From positions 160,753-224,752 of the forward strand of contig CAWDNU010000002.1 in NCBI GenBank assembly GCA_963803705.1: a stretch of DNA of 64,000 bases, in the 5' to 3' direction. Shown here piece by piece: positions 1-9,916 of the stretch. The DNA is from an uncultured Pseudobdellovibrionaceae bacterium. Its GTDB lineage: Bacteria; Bdellovibrionota; Bdellovibrionia; Bdellovibrionales; UBA1609. The position numbers and the translations under genes are program-made. The notes beneath the pieces were generated by a model. It worked only from the letters and a program-made list of their open reading frames with translations, made no database searches and was not told the origin of the DNA. The stretch's first letter is position 1, and each line of letters starts with the position of its first letter.

Positions 1-903
1 GCTTCGAGCTTAAAGCTGTCGCTGCCGACTACTACAATTCCAATGTAGAAAATTTTGTTTTTGGAAATGGCTCTAATGAGCTAATAGATCTTTTGATCCG
101 CAGTTTTTGTAGGGCAGGGGACACTATAATTACTCCTAAATATTCATTTGTTGCTTATCGAATTTGCGCTCAAGCATTTGGTGTTAAAACTTTGGAATCA
201 GACTTAAAATCAGGCTTTAAGGTCGATTTAGACGCCATATCTAAGATGATAGAAAACAATTGGTCTTGTCCCAAAATCATTTTCATTCCCAACCCTAATA
301 ATCCAACTGGAACCTATATTTGCAAATCAGAGCTAGACAATTTCTTGAAAAAATGGGGCCATAGAGAAGACTTTTTAATTGTATTTGACGAAGCTTACAC
401 AGAATTTGTGCGAGCCGTTGATTATCCGCATGGTCTTGAGACGACTGCCCTATAAAAATGTTGTGGTTCTAAAAACTATGAGCAAGGTTTTCGCACTAGC
501 GGGATTAAGACTTGGAGCCTTGATTGCCGATCCTTTTATAGTTGATATTATCAATCGAATTAGAAACCCTTTCAATGTAAACAGCTTGGCTCAAGCGGCA
601 GCTATAGCAGCGTTTCAGGACAAATCATTCTTAGATGAAATTAAGCAGATCACTTGGGGGGCTTAGATTATTTTATCGAGCAGTTTAGCAGATGGGACTG
701 GAATTCACTCCGAGTCAGGCAAACTTCATGTTAATCAATACCGGTAAGGACGCTGCTAAAATAAATGGAGCATTGCTTAGAAAAGGGGTGATTTTAAGAC
801 CGGTTGCTAACTATGGAATGCCAAACCATATGCGAGTCAGCGTTGGGCTCTCTGCCGAAAATAAAAAGGCAGTCCAAGCCTTAAAGGACGTGCTATTAAG
901 TGA
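1..903 (+). CDS. hisC: Histidinol-phosphate aminotransferase, 5'-truncated by window edge, split by frameshifts; 3' end approximate
   Basis: GNGSNELI, NPNNPTG, DEAYTEF, KTMSKVFALAGLRLG (PLP lysine), PSQANF and RVSVG motifs spread over ORFs 93-455, 379-666 and 692-979. Confidence 0.85.
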
Positions 904-1628
904 GCGCAAAAGAATGATACTTCAACGCAAGACCCCTTGGCCACAGAGACATCTTTGCTCTGCGAATCATTACTATTGATGGACCAGCAGCTTCAGGGAA
1001 ATCAACTTTAAGCCGGCAGGTAGCGGCCAAATTAGGTTGGAAGTGGGTTTCTACAGGCGCTTTTACAGAGCGATTGGACTTCTATGCTCTACGAAAAGAT
1101 GTTGATTTGAACAATGAGAAAGCAGGTATTAGCCGCTTTTGAGATGGAAAATTGGACCATTGAGATGGCGACAGGCCCAAAGACCAAAGTGTTTATCGAC
1201 GACGTCGATGTGTCTGATCAAATTTATCAAGAGGAAGTTGGCAGTGCGGCGAGTGCCATCAGCCAGCTTCAGCTATCAGAAAAGCAATTTTGAAATCTCA
1301 AAGGGATTGTTATTCCAACAATTGAAAGCGGAAAAGGATTGATTGCAGAAGGCAGAGACTGTGGAAGTGTTATTTTTCCTGCGGCTGCTTTAAGATTTTT
1401 TTGACGGCAGACCCGAATTAAGAGCTAAAAGGCGCGCTGAGCAAGAAGGTTTAGATCGTAGTAAAGTTCTTAGAGACCAGAAAGAGCGAGATCAAGGGAT
1501 GGTAGTCGTAATGTTGCTCCTATGATAGCGCCAAGGAGCTTCATTTTTAGACACCACGGATATGGATCTCGACGAGGCTGCGAATTAATTTTACCAGAGC
1601 CAAAAAGGCGTTTGACATCACGCCTTAA
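899..1628 (+). CDS. cmk: Cytidylate kinase, multiply frameshifted; boundaries approximate
   Basis: Manual translation gives IITIDGPAASGKSTL..LGWKWVSTGA near 968-1060 and GLIAEGRDCGSVIFP near 1336-1380; lies directly upstream of rpsA. Confidence 0.85.
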
Positions 1629-1639
1629 TCACCTATAAA
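1612..1639 (+). promoter_or_regulatory. Putative sigma70 promoter of rpsA
   Basis: TTGACA-N16-TATAAA about 115 bp upstream of the rpsA ATG. Confidence 0.45.
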
Positions 1640-1752
1640 AATAGTCTTTGCTTTATATAGAGAAGATTTCGAAATGAAATATTTAAAAGATACAGGTGAA
1701 GCTGAGTCACATTCGCTTAAGGATGTGCTCGAGGGAGGAATTCAATATTTAT

Positions 1753-3557
1753 ATGGTAAACACAAGTAAAAATTCTGATTTAGAAAAGGCGTTGGCTCAA
1801 CTAGACGAGGCCGACAAGGAAATTCTTGGAGAAGTTCAAGCCAGTGGTGAAGGTTCATTTGAACAGATATTTGAAGCTTCAATGAAAGAAAACCAACTGA
1901 TTCCTGGTGAAGTTGTCACTGGAACGGTTGTTGAGGTTCAATCCGATTATGTCTTAGTTGATATCAACTACAAAAGTGAAGGGTTAATTCCTATCAGTGA
2001 GTTTAGAATCATTGAAGGTCAAAGAACTATCAACGTAGGTGATAAGGTCGATGTGATGATCGACAAAATCGAAAATGACAATGGAATGATTGTCTTGTCT
2101 AAAGATAAAGCCGACATGATGAACGCTTGGAATGATATTTCGAAAGCTGCTGAAAACGAAGAAGTGATCGAAGGTACTGTTATTTCTAAAGTAAAAGGTG
2201 GATTAAGCGTAGACATTGGTGTTAAAGCCTTTCTACCTGGAAGTCAGATTGATTTACGACCAGTAAAAAATATTGATTCATTCATTGGTACGAAATTCAA
2301 ATTTAAAGTTATTAAATTTAATAAGAAACGTGGAAATATAGTACTTTCAAGACGTGCAATTTTAGAAGAAGAGCGTGAGAAACTTAAAACTCAGACTTTG
2401 GATGAAATGACTGAAGGCGCAATTGTTAAAGGTTTCGTTAAGAATGTTACTGATTACGGTGCATTTATTGATCTTGGTGGTTTGGATGGTCTACTTCATA
2501 TCACTGACATGAGCTGGGGACGCATTAAGCATCCTAAGCGAAGTGATTAATGTAGGTGAAGAACTTGAGCTTAAAGTCTTAAAGTATGACCAAGAAAAAC
2601 AAAGAGTTAGTCTTGGACTGAAACAATTGTCTGACGATCCATGGGTTGAAGTAGCGGCGAAATTTCCCTGAAGGATGAAGATGAAAGGTAAAGTCGTTTC
2701 TTTAGCGGATTATGGTGCATTTGTGGATTTAAGCGAAGGCGTTGAGGGACTAATTCATGTGAACGAAATGAGTTGGACTAAGAAAGTGAAACATCCTTCG
2801 CAAATTCTAAACGTTGATGACGAAGTAGAGGTTCAGGTTCTTGTCTATTGATTCTGATAACAGAAGAATTAGTCTTAGGTATGAAACAGCTTGAGTCTAA
2901 TCCTTGGATGGAACTTAAAGAAACTTACGCACCAGGAACCATAATTGAAGGTGAAGTTAAATCTATCACTGATTTCGGTGTTTTCGTGGGAATCGAAGAT
3001 GGTATTGATGGGTCTAGTTCATATTTCTGACTTTCTCTTGGACAAAAAGAATCAATCATCCGTCAGAAGCTTTACAATAAAGGCGACAATGTAAAAGCTG
3101 TTGTTCTTGGGTGTGGACATTGATAACGAAAGATTCAGTCTTGGACTTGAAACAACTAGAGTCTGATCCTTGGTCCACTATTGAGGATAAGTTTCCAATA
3201 GGATCTCAACTTGAAGTCGAAGTGACAAAACTTGCTGACTTTGGAATCTTTGTAAAAGTTGAAGATGACATTGAAGGTTTAATCCATATTTCTGAGTTAT
3301 CTACTAAACGTGTTGAAAAGACTGAAGATGTAGCTGCAAGTTGGTGATAAGATGAAAGCTGAAATTATTTCAATCGATCAAGATGCTAGAAAAATTGGTT
3401 TAAGTGCTAAATTGTTTCTCTACGTGAGCAAAAAGTTAATGTTGATGACTATGTTAAAAAAGCAACTGCAACTTCTAAAACTAGCTTCGGTGATGCTTTT
3501 GGTGACGCTTTTAAAGAGATCAAAAAAGACTCTGAAGTTACACCTAAAGAAGAGTAG
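1753..3557 (+). CDS. rpsA: 30S ribosomal protein S1, frameshifted in its 3' half
   Basis: Successive S1 domains ([52 protein letters not shown]) across ORFs 1696-2550, 2848-3030, 3111-3347 and 3352-3615; GGAGG upstream of ATG 1753; inferred C-terminus ...EVTPKEE-TAG at 3557. Confidence 0.93.
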
Positions 3558-3686
3558 CAGTAAAGAATCGTTCCAGGCCACAGCATGCTTCGCCATACAG
3601 CTTTGCATGTGGTAGTTAGAGCAGGCGAGGGTGCGAAGCCCCTTGTAGGTCTGTGAGTGAATTAGACAGTAATTTACAACTGAGTT

Positions 3687-3718
3687 AAAAAAGGAAGACA
3701 CACCGTCTTCCTTTTTTT
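3687..3718 (+). terminator. Rho-independent terminator after rpsA
   Basis: AAAAAAGGAAGAC-ACACC-GTCTTCC followed by a T run. Confidence 0.85.
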
Positions 3719-3754
3719 ATTTCAAAATACGAAATACCCGTATAAGATTCACCT

Positions 3755-4288
3755 ATGAGCAAAGATGATCCGCAAGACATACTAGAAGATATTTGGCCTC
3801 AAGAGCGTGATTACTTGATCAGGCCTGATCGTATTAGATATGTTAGGCAGCTAAAATCTAAGTCTGATCAATGCGTGTTCTGTTCGGCTTGTGAATCTAA
3901 TGAGTACAGTGCAAAAAAACTACTTATCCACAAAACCAAGCACTCAATGGTGATCTTAAACAAATATCCTTACAATACAGGTCACTTGCTAGTGTTGCCT
4001 TTGAAGCACGAGGGTCAGCTAGATGCTTTGCCCGCTGATCATATTAGTGACCTAGCTCTTTTGGTTCAGAAGTGCGTAGGAGTGCTGAAAAAAGAGTACC
4101 AATGCCAGGGCCTTAACATTGGGTTAAACCATGGGGCTGTGGCTGGCGCTGGTATTCCCGGCCATTTGCACTGGCATGTAGTGCCAAGATGGTCAGGGGA
4201 CACAAATTTTTTTCCCCTGATTGCAGAGACTAAAGTTCTGATTGAGAGCCTAGAGTCAACTTACAACCGTATTAAACCACATTTTTGA
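3755..4288 (+). CDS. HIT-family hydrolase (Ap4A hydrolase/phosphorylase-like)
   Basis: CVFC, LNKYPYNTGHLLV, AGAGIPGHLHWHVVPRWSGD histidine triad. Confidence 0.9.
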   Translation: MSKDDPQDILEDIWPQERDYLIRPDRIRYVRQLKSKSDQCVFCSACESNEYSAKKLLIHKTKHSMVILNKYPYNTGHLLVLPLKHEGQLDALPADHISDLALLVQKCVGVLKKEYQCQGLNIGLNHGAVAGAGIPGHLHWHVVPRWSGDTNFFPLIAETKVLIESLESTYNRIKPHF

Positions 4289-4376
4289 TTTACTACCATT
4301 TAAGCAATACCTATACTGAAATTTAAAGCTATCAATCTTATTGTTTTATAAACCCATATTAGGAATGGATAGATAA

Positions 4377-5138
4377 ATGAGAAATCGAACTACCACTTTG
4401 CCAATCAATTTTGTCGTAGAATTTACTCCGATAGTTAAAATCTTGCTTATAATTAATGTGGCTTTGTGGCTTTTAGGTACAATATTTTTGCAAGGCTACA
4501 TTTTTGATCAAAACTATGTATTTTACTGGATGGGTTTAATTCCCAATTCTACACTTTTTCAGTTCAAATTTTGGCAGCCTTTTACCTATATGTTTTTTCA
4601 TTCTGCCCAGTTGAATCATATTCTATTTAATATGTTACTCTTGTGGTGGGTTGGCGGACAGCTTGAAAAAACAATGGGACCACGAAGGTTTTTAAAATTT
4701 TATCTTACCTGCGGAGTAGGTGCCGGACTTTTATACCTTGCAGTGCTGTATTCTATTTATTTTTTTATTGGGTTAAGTAATACAAGTATTTTGTTTTCAC
4801 CAGTTATTGGTGCATCGGGTGCAGTCTTCGGACTTTTAGTGGCTTACGCCATTTTCCATGGGGAAAACATTGTCTATTTTATGATGATATTTCCGATGAG
4901 AGCCAAATATTTTGTTGGCTTACTTATCCTTATGGAGTGTTACGTTTTAATGAGTAATGGTTTTGACGGGCCAGTTGCAAACTTAGCCCATTTGGGTGGG
5001 ATAGTCGTAGCCTTCTTATATTTTTTTTATGAAAGATGGTGGATGAAGCGAGTCACTAATAAAATCGTAAAAAACGCAACTACCCCTAGAAAACTCAAAC
5101 TGGTCGTCGACAACGACAAGAAAGAAGTTTTTCATTAA
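4377..5138 (+). CDS. Rhomboid-family intramembrane serine protease
   Basis: WQPFTYMFFH, HILFNM, GASGAVFG (catalytic Ser), AHLGG (catalytic His), multiple TM helices. Confidence 0.92.
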   Translation: MRNRTTTLPINFVVEFTPIVKILLIINVALWLLGTIFLQGYIFDQNYVFYWMGLIPNSTLFQFKFWQPFTYMFFHSAQLNHILFNMLLLWWVGGQLEKTMGPRRFLKFYLTCGVGAGLLYLAVLYSIYFFIGLSNTSILFSPVIGASGAVFGLLVAYAIFHGENIVYFMMIFPMRAKYFVGLLILMECYVLMSNGFDGPVANLAHLGGIVVAFLYFFYERWWMKRVTNKIVKNATTPRKLKLVVDNDKKEVFH

Positions 5139-5139
5139 C

Positions 5140-5345
5140 CCCACCGCAGGTGAGGACGTGAAACTCGACTGCAATCCCACCGCAGGTGAGGACGTGAAAC
5201 TCGACTGCAATCCCACCGCAGGTAGAAAAGTTCCAGCGAGCAGAGCGAGTGAGCTAGACAGCAATCCCACCGTAGGTGAGGATGTGAAACTCGACTGCAA
5301 TCCCACCGTAGGTGAGGATGTGAAACTCGACTGCAATCCCACCGT
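5140..5345. repeat. 36-bp tandem repeat (CCCACCGYAGGTGAGGAYGTGAAACTCGACTGCAAT) x4, one 54-bp variant unit and a partial unit
   Basis: Units at 5140-5175, 5176-5211, 5212-5265 (variant), 5266-5301, 5302-5337 and partial 5338-5345, read directly. Confidence 0.95.
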
Positions 5346-5369
5346 TTCTATTAAACAGGCCTCAATATC

Positions 5370-5531
5370 ATAAATTTTTTGATAAGCCCAAGTTTCAAGT
5401 TTTTCTTTATTTAACTGGGAAGGATCTACCGGTAGCTTTTGAGTTTTGTTGAAAGAGTATTCGAGATGAGCAATAGCCTTTAATAGACTGGCTTTATATT
5501 CACTCTGTAAATTTTTAATATTATTGGTCAA
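5370..5531 (-). pseudogene. Truncated N-terminus of a HEPN / nucleotidyltransferase-substrate-binding-like protein
   Basis: LLKAIAHLEYSFNKTQKLP..EKLETW resembles, from recollection, the start of HEPN partners of MNT-HEPN pairs; the frame then runs into the tandem repeat. Confidence 0.45.
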
Positions 5532-5545
5532 TGAAATACCTGAAT

Positions 5546-6823
5546 TTATACCACCGAATCGGTGCTATTTTTATGAGCTATGTCGTTAGTCTTTGGAAAG
5601 GTCAGTAAGCCTAAAATCAAATAAACAGACAAAGATAAAATAGCCAACCTATGGGACTGGGTGAAGTGGACAACGAGCGCAGTTGTCAGAGGTCCAAACA
5701 ATGCAGAAAATCGTCCGATCATGTTGTACATTCCAAAGTAGGTACCCGACTGACTCTTATCTGGAATTAGTAAACAGAAGTACGATCTACTTAGGGCTTG
5801 AACACAGCCCTGGAATACACCTACTAGAGCACCACACAAGATAAATTGCAGATCTGTCTGAATTTGTGAAGCTAACAAAATAACAACAAAGTATGCCGCA
5901 ATCCCCGAAAGTAATATTGGGCGAATACTAATGCGTTCGCTTAAATAAATGAACAAAAAAGCAGATGGCAGTCCCACAAACTGAACAACCAACAGGGTAG
6001 TCATCATGGTGTTACTTGAAAACCCTAAAGAAAGACCAAAGTCTACAGCCATTTTGTACACTGTTTGTAAACCGTCAATATAGAAAAAGTAAGATACTAG
6101 AAACAAGCCAACCGGGGTTTTATTCGTAAAGAGTCGTAAAAAATTACTAAAAAACTTTCTAAAATTAATCTCATCAGTCACACCTTTAAATAAGTGTAAA
6201 GGCTTGGTAGTGAGTAGAGGTAAGGCGAACACTAGCCACCACAGGCCAGTGGCGACAAAGCTAAGGTAGATCGCATTTACGGTTGTAAACCCAAAGTGGT
6301 CTGCATTTTTGATAAACAAGGTTTCAGCTAAAAAAATTAGACCACCTCCTAAATAACCTAACCCATAACCCATCATGGAGTTCTTATGGTATCTGTCTTC
6401 ATTTTCAGAAAATTCTGGCAGTAGAGCATCGTAAAAGAGGTGTGAAAGGGAAAAGCAAAGGTAAGATAAGCTGAATATAACCAAGGCAAACCGGAAATCA
6501 CCTTTAGGTATAAAATAAAAACAAGAACTAAAGATCACGCCAAAAATAGTCACTAGTTTCAGGAGCCTTAGCTTGTCTACGGTGTTGTTAGCAAGTTGTC
6601 CCAAAACTGGGCAGCCAAAAAAAATAACTAAAGCGATAAAGCTATTGGTGATTCCCAACCAAAATGTACTATCTTCTTTTGAAAGTTGGCTTGCCCAATG
6701 CTCTTTAAAAAAAATGGGAAAAAGACCAGATAGTATACACACTGCGAACGCAGAGTTGGCCCAATCATAAAGACACCACTTGTAGGTTGTCCTAGAGTCT
6801 TTAGAAAATGAAATCCATTTCAT
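5546..6823 (-). CDS. MFS transporter (UMF1/Atg22-like)
   Basis: WCLYDWANSAF, GYGLGYLGG, QALSRSYF, about 12 TM helices. Confidence 0.88.
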   Translation of the reverse strand: MKWISFSKDSRTTYKWCLYDWANSAFAVCILSGLFPIFFKEHWASQLSKEDSTFWLGITNSFIALVIFFGCPVLGQLANNTVDKLRLLKLVTIFGVIFSSCFYFIPKGDFRFALVIFSLSYLCFSLSHLFYDALLPEFSENEDRYHKNSMMGYGLGYLGGGLIFLAETLFIKNADHFGFTTVNAIYLSFVATGLWWLVFALPLLTTKPLHLFKGVTDEINFRKFFSNFLRLFTNKTPVGLFLVSYFFYIDGLQTVYKMAVDFGLSLGFSSNTMMTTLLVVQFVGLPSAFLFIYLSERISIRPILLSGIAAYFVVILLASQIQTDLQFILCGALVGVFQGCVQALSRSYFCLLIPDKSQSGTYFGMYNMIGRFSALFGPLTTALVVHFTQSHRLAILSLSVYLILGLLTFPKTNDIAHKNSTDSVV

Positions 6824-7182
6824 AGGTATTCCCCATTGAAGTTTAACCTAAAGATCCTTTTATTATGATTTTTTTAAACTTAAAGTTCAATAAATCGAAG
6901 GCGTTGGCGCGAGGGTCCACCGCTAATTTATAAATAAAATTTAAAAAATTTGTTTAAAGTCATATTATTTCAATCCAATACGCAAAGTCAGGTTGATCAC
7001 CTAGCTAATTTCTTGTGACATAAACTACACAGTTCCAAAATGTGTCTGCGTAAATAAGCAAGAAATTATGATTCAGATATTGATAATGAAAGTTATAAAA
7101 ATATAAAACAACGTTTAATGAGTGTTGGTCCTGTTAATTTACGAATCACATTGGAAAATCTCTTCATTTTTTATATACTAAC

Positions 7183-9684
7183 ATGAACATTAAAGGAGTT
7201 GTCTTCATGGAATTTGTACATCAACTGTTAGAAGCTTTGAACCCTTACGCTTGTTACATTTTATATGCCAGTATTTTGTTACTAGTAGTCATTGGATACA
7301 TTGGAGTTCCCTTTATATTTTGGGTGATAGCACTGCTGGGTTTAGTAGTTGGCCTAGAGTTAGGCGCTGTAACTTTTATTGCTGTGATAGCGGTCTCGTT
7401 GCTGTTTTTAATCAGACCCATTCGCATGCAGTTATTTAGTCGCGGCGTGATGTCAGTGATGAAAAAAATCTTACCTAGAATTTCTGACACAGAAAGATCG
7501 GCACTAGAGGCAGGAGTTGTATGGGTAGAAGGTGATTTGTTTTCAGGTAAACCAGATTTTAAAAAAATTGTTAACGATAATAAATATCCAAAGCTCACAG
7601 TTGAAGAGCAAGCTTTTATTGATGGTCCCGTCGAGCAGATTTGTTCAATGGTCGACGATTTTGAATTTTGGCAGACCAGAGAAATGCCCCCAGAGGCTTG
7701 GGAGTTTCTGAAAAAAAATAAGTTTCTAGGTATGGTGATTTCAAAAGAGTATGGTGGTTTGGGTTTTTCAGCCTTAGCCCACGCTGCTGTTATCGAAAAA
7801 CTAACTTCAAGATCGATACCATTAGCTGTAACTGTTATGGTTCCAAACTCTTTGGGACCAGCCGAGCTTCTGATGCACTATGGAACCGATGAGCAAAAGA
7901 AGAATATCCTACCTCGCCTTGCTAGCGGTGAAGAGATTCCATGCTTCGGTTTAACAGAGCCTTCAGCTGGTAGTGATGCCGGGTCCGTACTTTCATATGG
8001 TGAACTTTTTAAAGGTCCTGATGGAAAACTTATGATTCGTTTAAATTGGAACAAACGCTGGATCACGCTAGCCTCAATTTCCACAACCATCGGTTTGGCT
8101 TTTCAACTTAGAGATCCTGAAAATTTTTTAGGTAAAGGTCTTGACCTAGGCATTACTTGCGGACTAATTCCGGCCAGCGCACCTGGCGTTGTTATTGGAA
8201 ACCGTCATGATCCGCTTGGGGTACCTTTTTACAACTGTCCAACACAGGGTAACGATGTGGAAATCTCTATCGACAACGTTGTCGGAGGCGAGGCCGGGAT
8301 TGGCAGAGGTTGGGGAATGCTTATGGAGCTTTTGGGTGCTGGTCGTGGAATTTCACTTCCCTCCCAGGCTGTTGGTGGATCCAAGTTTTTAACCAGAGTT
8401 GCAAGCGCACACGCAGTCATTAGAAAGCAGTTTGGTCTGTCTATTGGTAAATTTGAGGGAGTTGAAGAGCCTTTAGCTCGGATATTTTCATCCGCTTACT
8501 TTTTAGAAGCTATGAGAAATTTTACTGTGGGCGCTATTGATAATGGAATCAAGCCGCCAGTGGTGACCGCCATAGCGAAATACTACAGCACCGAGGTGGG
8601 ACGTAAAGCCACCAACGATGGTATGGACGTTTTAGGTGGAGCAGCTATCACTGAGGGTCCAAGAAATCTTTTGGCTCATTCCTACATTGCAACACCAATT
8701 GGAATCACAGTTGAAGGCGCTAATATTTTAACCCGCACGCTAATGATTTTTGGGCAGGGTGTCTTTAGAGCTCATCCTTATGCTTACAAAGAAATTAGTG
8801 CGGCCGAAAAAAATGACTTAAACGCGTTTGATAGAGCCTTCTGGAAACACATTGGCCATGTTGTAAGAAATATGGTGCGATCAATTTTGCTTTCTGTGAC
8901 TAGAGGTCTTATCTCAAGTCGCGGACCAGGTGGGCCCGCTGGAAGGTGCTATCAAAAAATGGCCTGGGCATCGGCCTCTTTTGCTATTCTTACTGATCTA
9001 GCTATGGCTACCCAAGGTGGTGGTTTAAAAACTAAAGAAAAGCTAACTGGGCGTTTTGCCGACGTGCTAGGTTGGATGTATATCGGAACCTCAGTGTTAA
9101 GTCGTTTTGAAGCTGAAGGACGAAGAAAAGAAGATCTACCGCTAGTCAGATATTCAATGGAAACGGCCTTCTTCGAAATGCAAAAAGGTTTTGATGGGAT
9201 TTTACAAAATATCAAAGTCCCCGGCTTAAGCTGGATATTTGGCCGAATCTTACTTCCATGGTCACGATTTAATACTATTAGTTCTTCTCCAAGTGATGAG
9301 CTAGGACATGACATTGTCAAAGCATTTCTGAAACCGTCAGAATTCAGAGACCGCCACACAAAAGGAATTTATATCCCTACAGATGCCAAGAAGGATCATT
9401 TAGCTAGACTAGATTTCGCGATGTTAAAAACTGTTGAGGCTTCGAGCGTTGAAAGAAAGATTAAAAAAGCGATAAAAGCTAGAACTCTTCCAAAGCGAAA
9501 TATTAAATCTTTATTGGATGAAGCTGTTTCTAAGAATGTAATCACACCATCTGAGAAGGACTTGTTAGCCGAAGCAGAAGCTTTGCGTTGGGATGCGATT
9601 CAGGTTGATGATTTTACTCAAGAACAGTACCTGACTCGTTCAGTTGATTCTGAACTTACTGGATTAGATAAAAACCTATCTTAG
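7183..9684 (+). CDS. fadE: Long-type acyl-CoA dehydrogenase (start probably ATG 7207)
   Basis: TVMVPNSLGPAELL, PCFGLTEPSAGSDA, WNKRWITLA, ITVEGANILTR; AAGGAG before 7207. Confidence 0.93.
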   Translation: MNIKGVVFMEFVHQLLEALNPYACYILYASILLLVVIGYIGVPFIFWVIALLGLVVGLELGAVTFIAVIAVSLLFLIRPIRMQLFSRGVMSVMKKILPRISDTERSALEAGVVWVEGDLFSGKPDFKKIVNDNKYPKLTVEEQAFIDGPVEQICSMVDDFEFWQTREMPPEAWEFLKKNKFLGMVISKEYGGLGFSALAHAAVIEKLTSRSIPLAVTVMVPNSLGPAELLMHYGTDEQKKNILPRLASGEEIPCFGLTEPSAGSDAGSVLSYGELFKGPDGKLMIRLNWNKRWITLASISTTIGLAFQLRDPENFLGKGLDLGITCGLIPASAPGVVIGNRHDPLGVPFYNCPTQGNDVEISIDNVVGGEAGIGRGWGMLMELLGAGRGISLPSQAVGGSKFLTRVASAHAVIRKQFGLSIGKFEGVEEPLARIFSSAYFLEAMRNFTVGAIDNGIKPPVVTAIAKYYSTEVGRKATNDGMDVLGGAAITEGPRNLLAHSYIATPIGITVEGANILTRTLMIFGQGVFRAHPYAYKEISAAEKNDLNAFDRAFWKHIGHVVRNMVRSILLSVTRGLISSRGPGGPAGRCYQKMAWASASFAILTDLAMATQGGGLKTKEKLTGRFADVLGWMYIGTSVLSRFEAEGRRKEDLPLVRYSMETAFFEMQKGFDGILQNIKVPGLSWIFGRILLPWSRFNTISSSPSDELGHDIVKAFLKPSEFRDRHTKGIYIPTDAKKDHLARLDFAMLKTVEASSVERKIKKAIKARTLPKRNIKSLLDEAVSKNVITPSEKDLLAEAEALRWDAIQVDDFTQEQYLTRSVDSELTGLDKNLS

Positions 9685-9711
9685 GACATGGTCCATCGTC
9701 TGATATTTTTC

Positions 9712-9743
9712 AAAAAAGCTTCAGTAACTTGAAGCTTTTTTTT
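9712..9743 (+). terminator. Rho-independent terminator after fadE
   Basis: AAAAAAGCTTCA-GTAACT-TGAAGCTTTTTTTT. Confidence 0.85.
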
Positions 9744-9916
9744 ATCAGAATGAAAATATATTAGTGGTTAACGTAAAAATAAGATTTCTAGAGATAGCGA
9801 CTTATGTTTAAAACTAAACATTAATAGATTTGAAATTGTGAAAATAAATGATTAATAGATAATTTACAAAGTTAGCCATAAAGATTAATCAGTTTAAGGA
9901 AGTAACGTAGAAAGAA

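Noticed and set aside
1..3557. hisC, cmk and rpsA as pseudogenes or programmed frameshifts
   Set aside because: Indels are numerous and clustered at the window edge, and the proteins are otherwise conserved; sequencing error is more parsimonious
5140..5345. Calling the 36-bp repeat a true CRISPR array
   Set aside because: Repeats are mostly head-to-tail without spacers, and no leader or cas gene is visible; kept only as a hypothesis
5016..5373. ORFs 5158-5373 (+) and the 3' part of 5016-5531 (-) as real proteins
   Set aside because: They are translations of the tandem repeat, whose unit lengths are multiples of 3
7120..7140. FadR-like operator upstream of fadE (TTGGTCCTGTTAA)
   Set aside because: Only one half-site resembles the consensus; too weak
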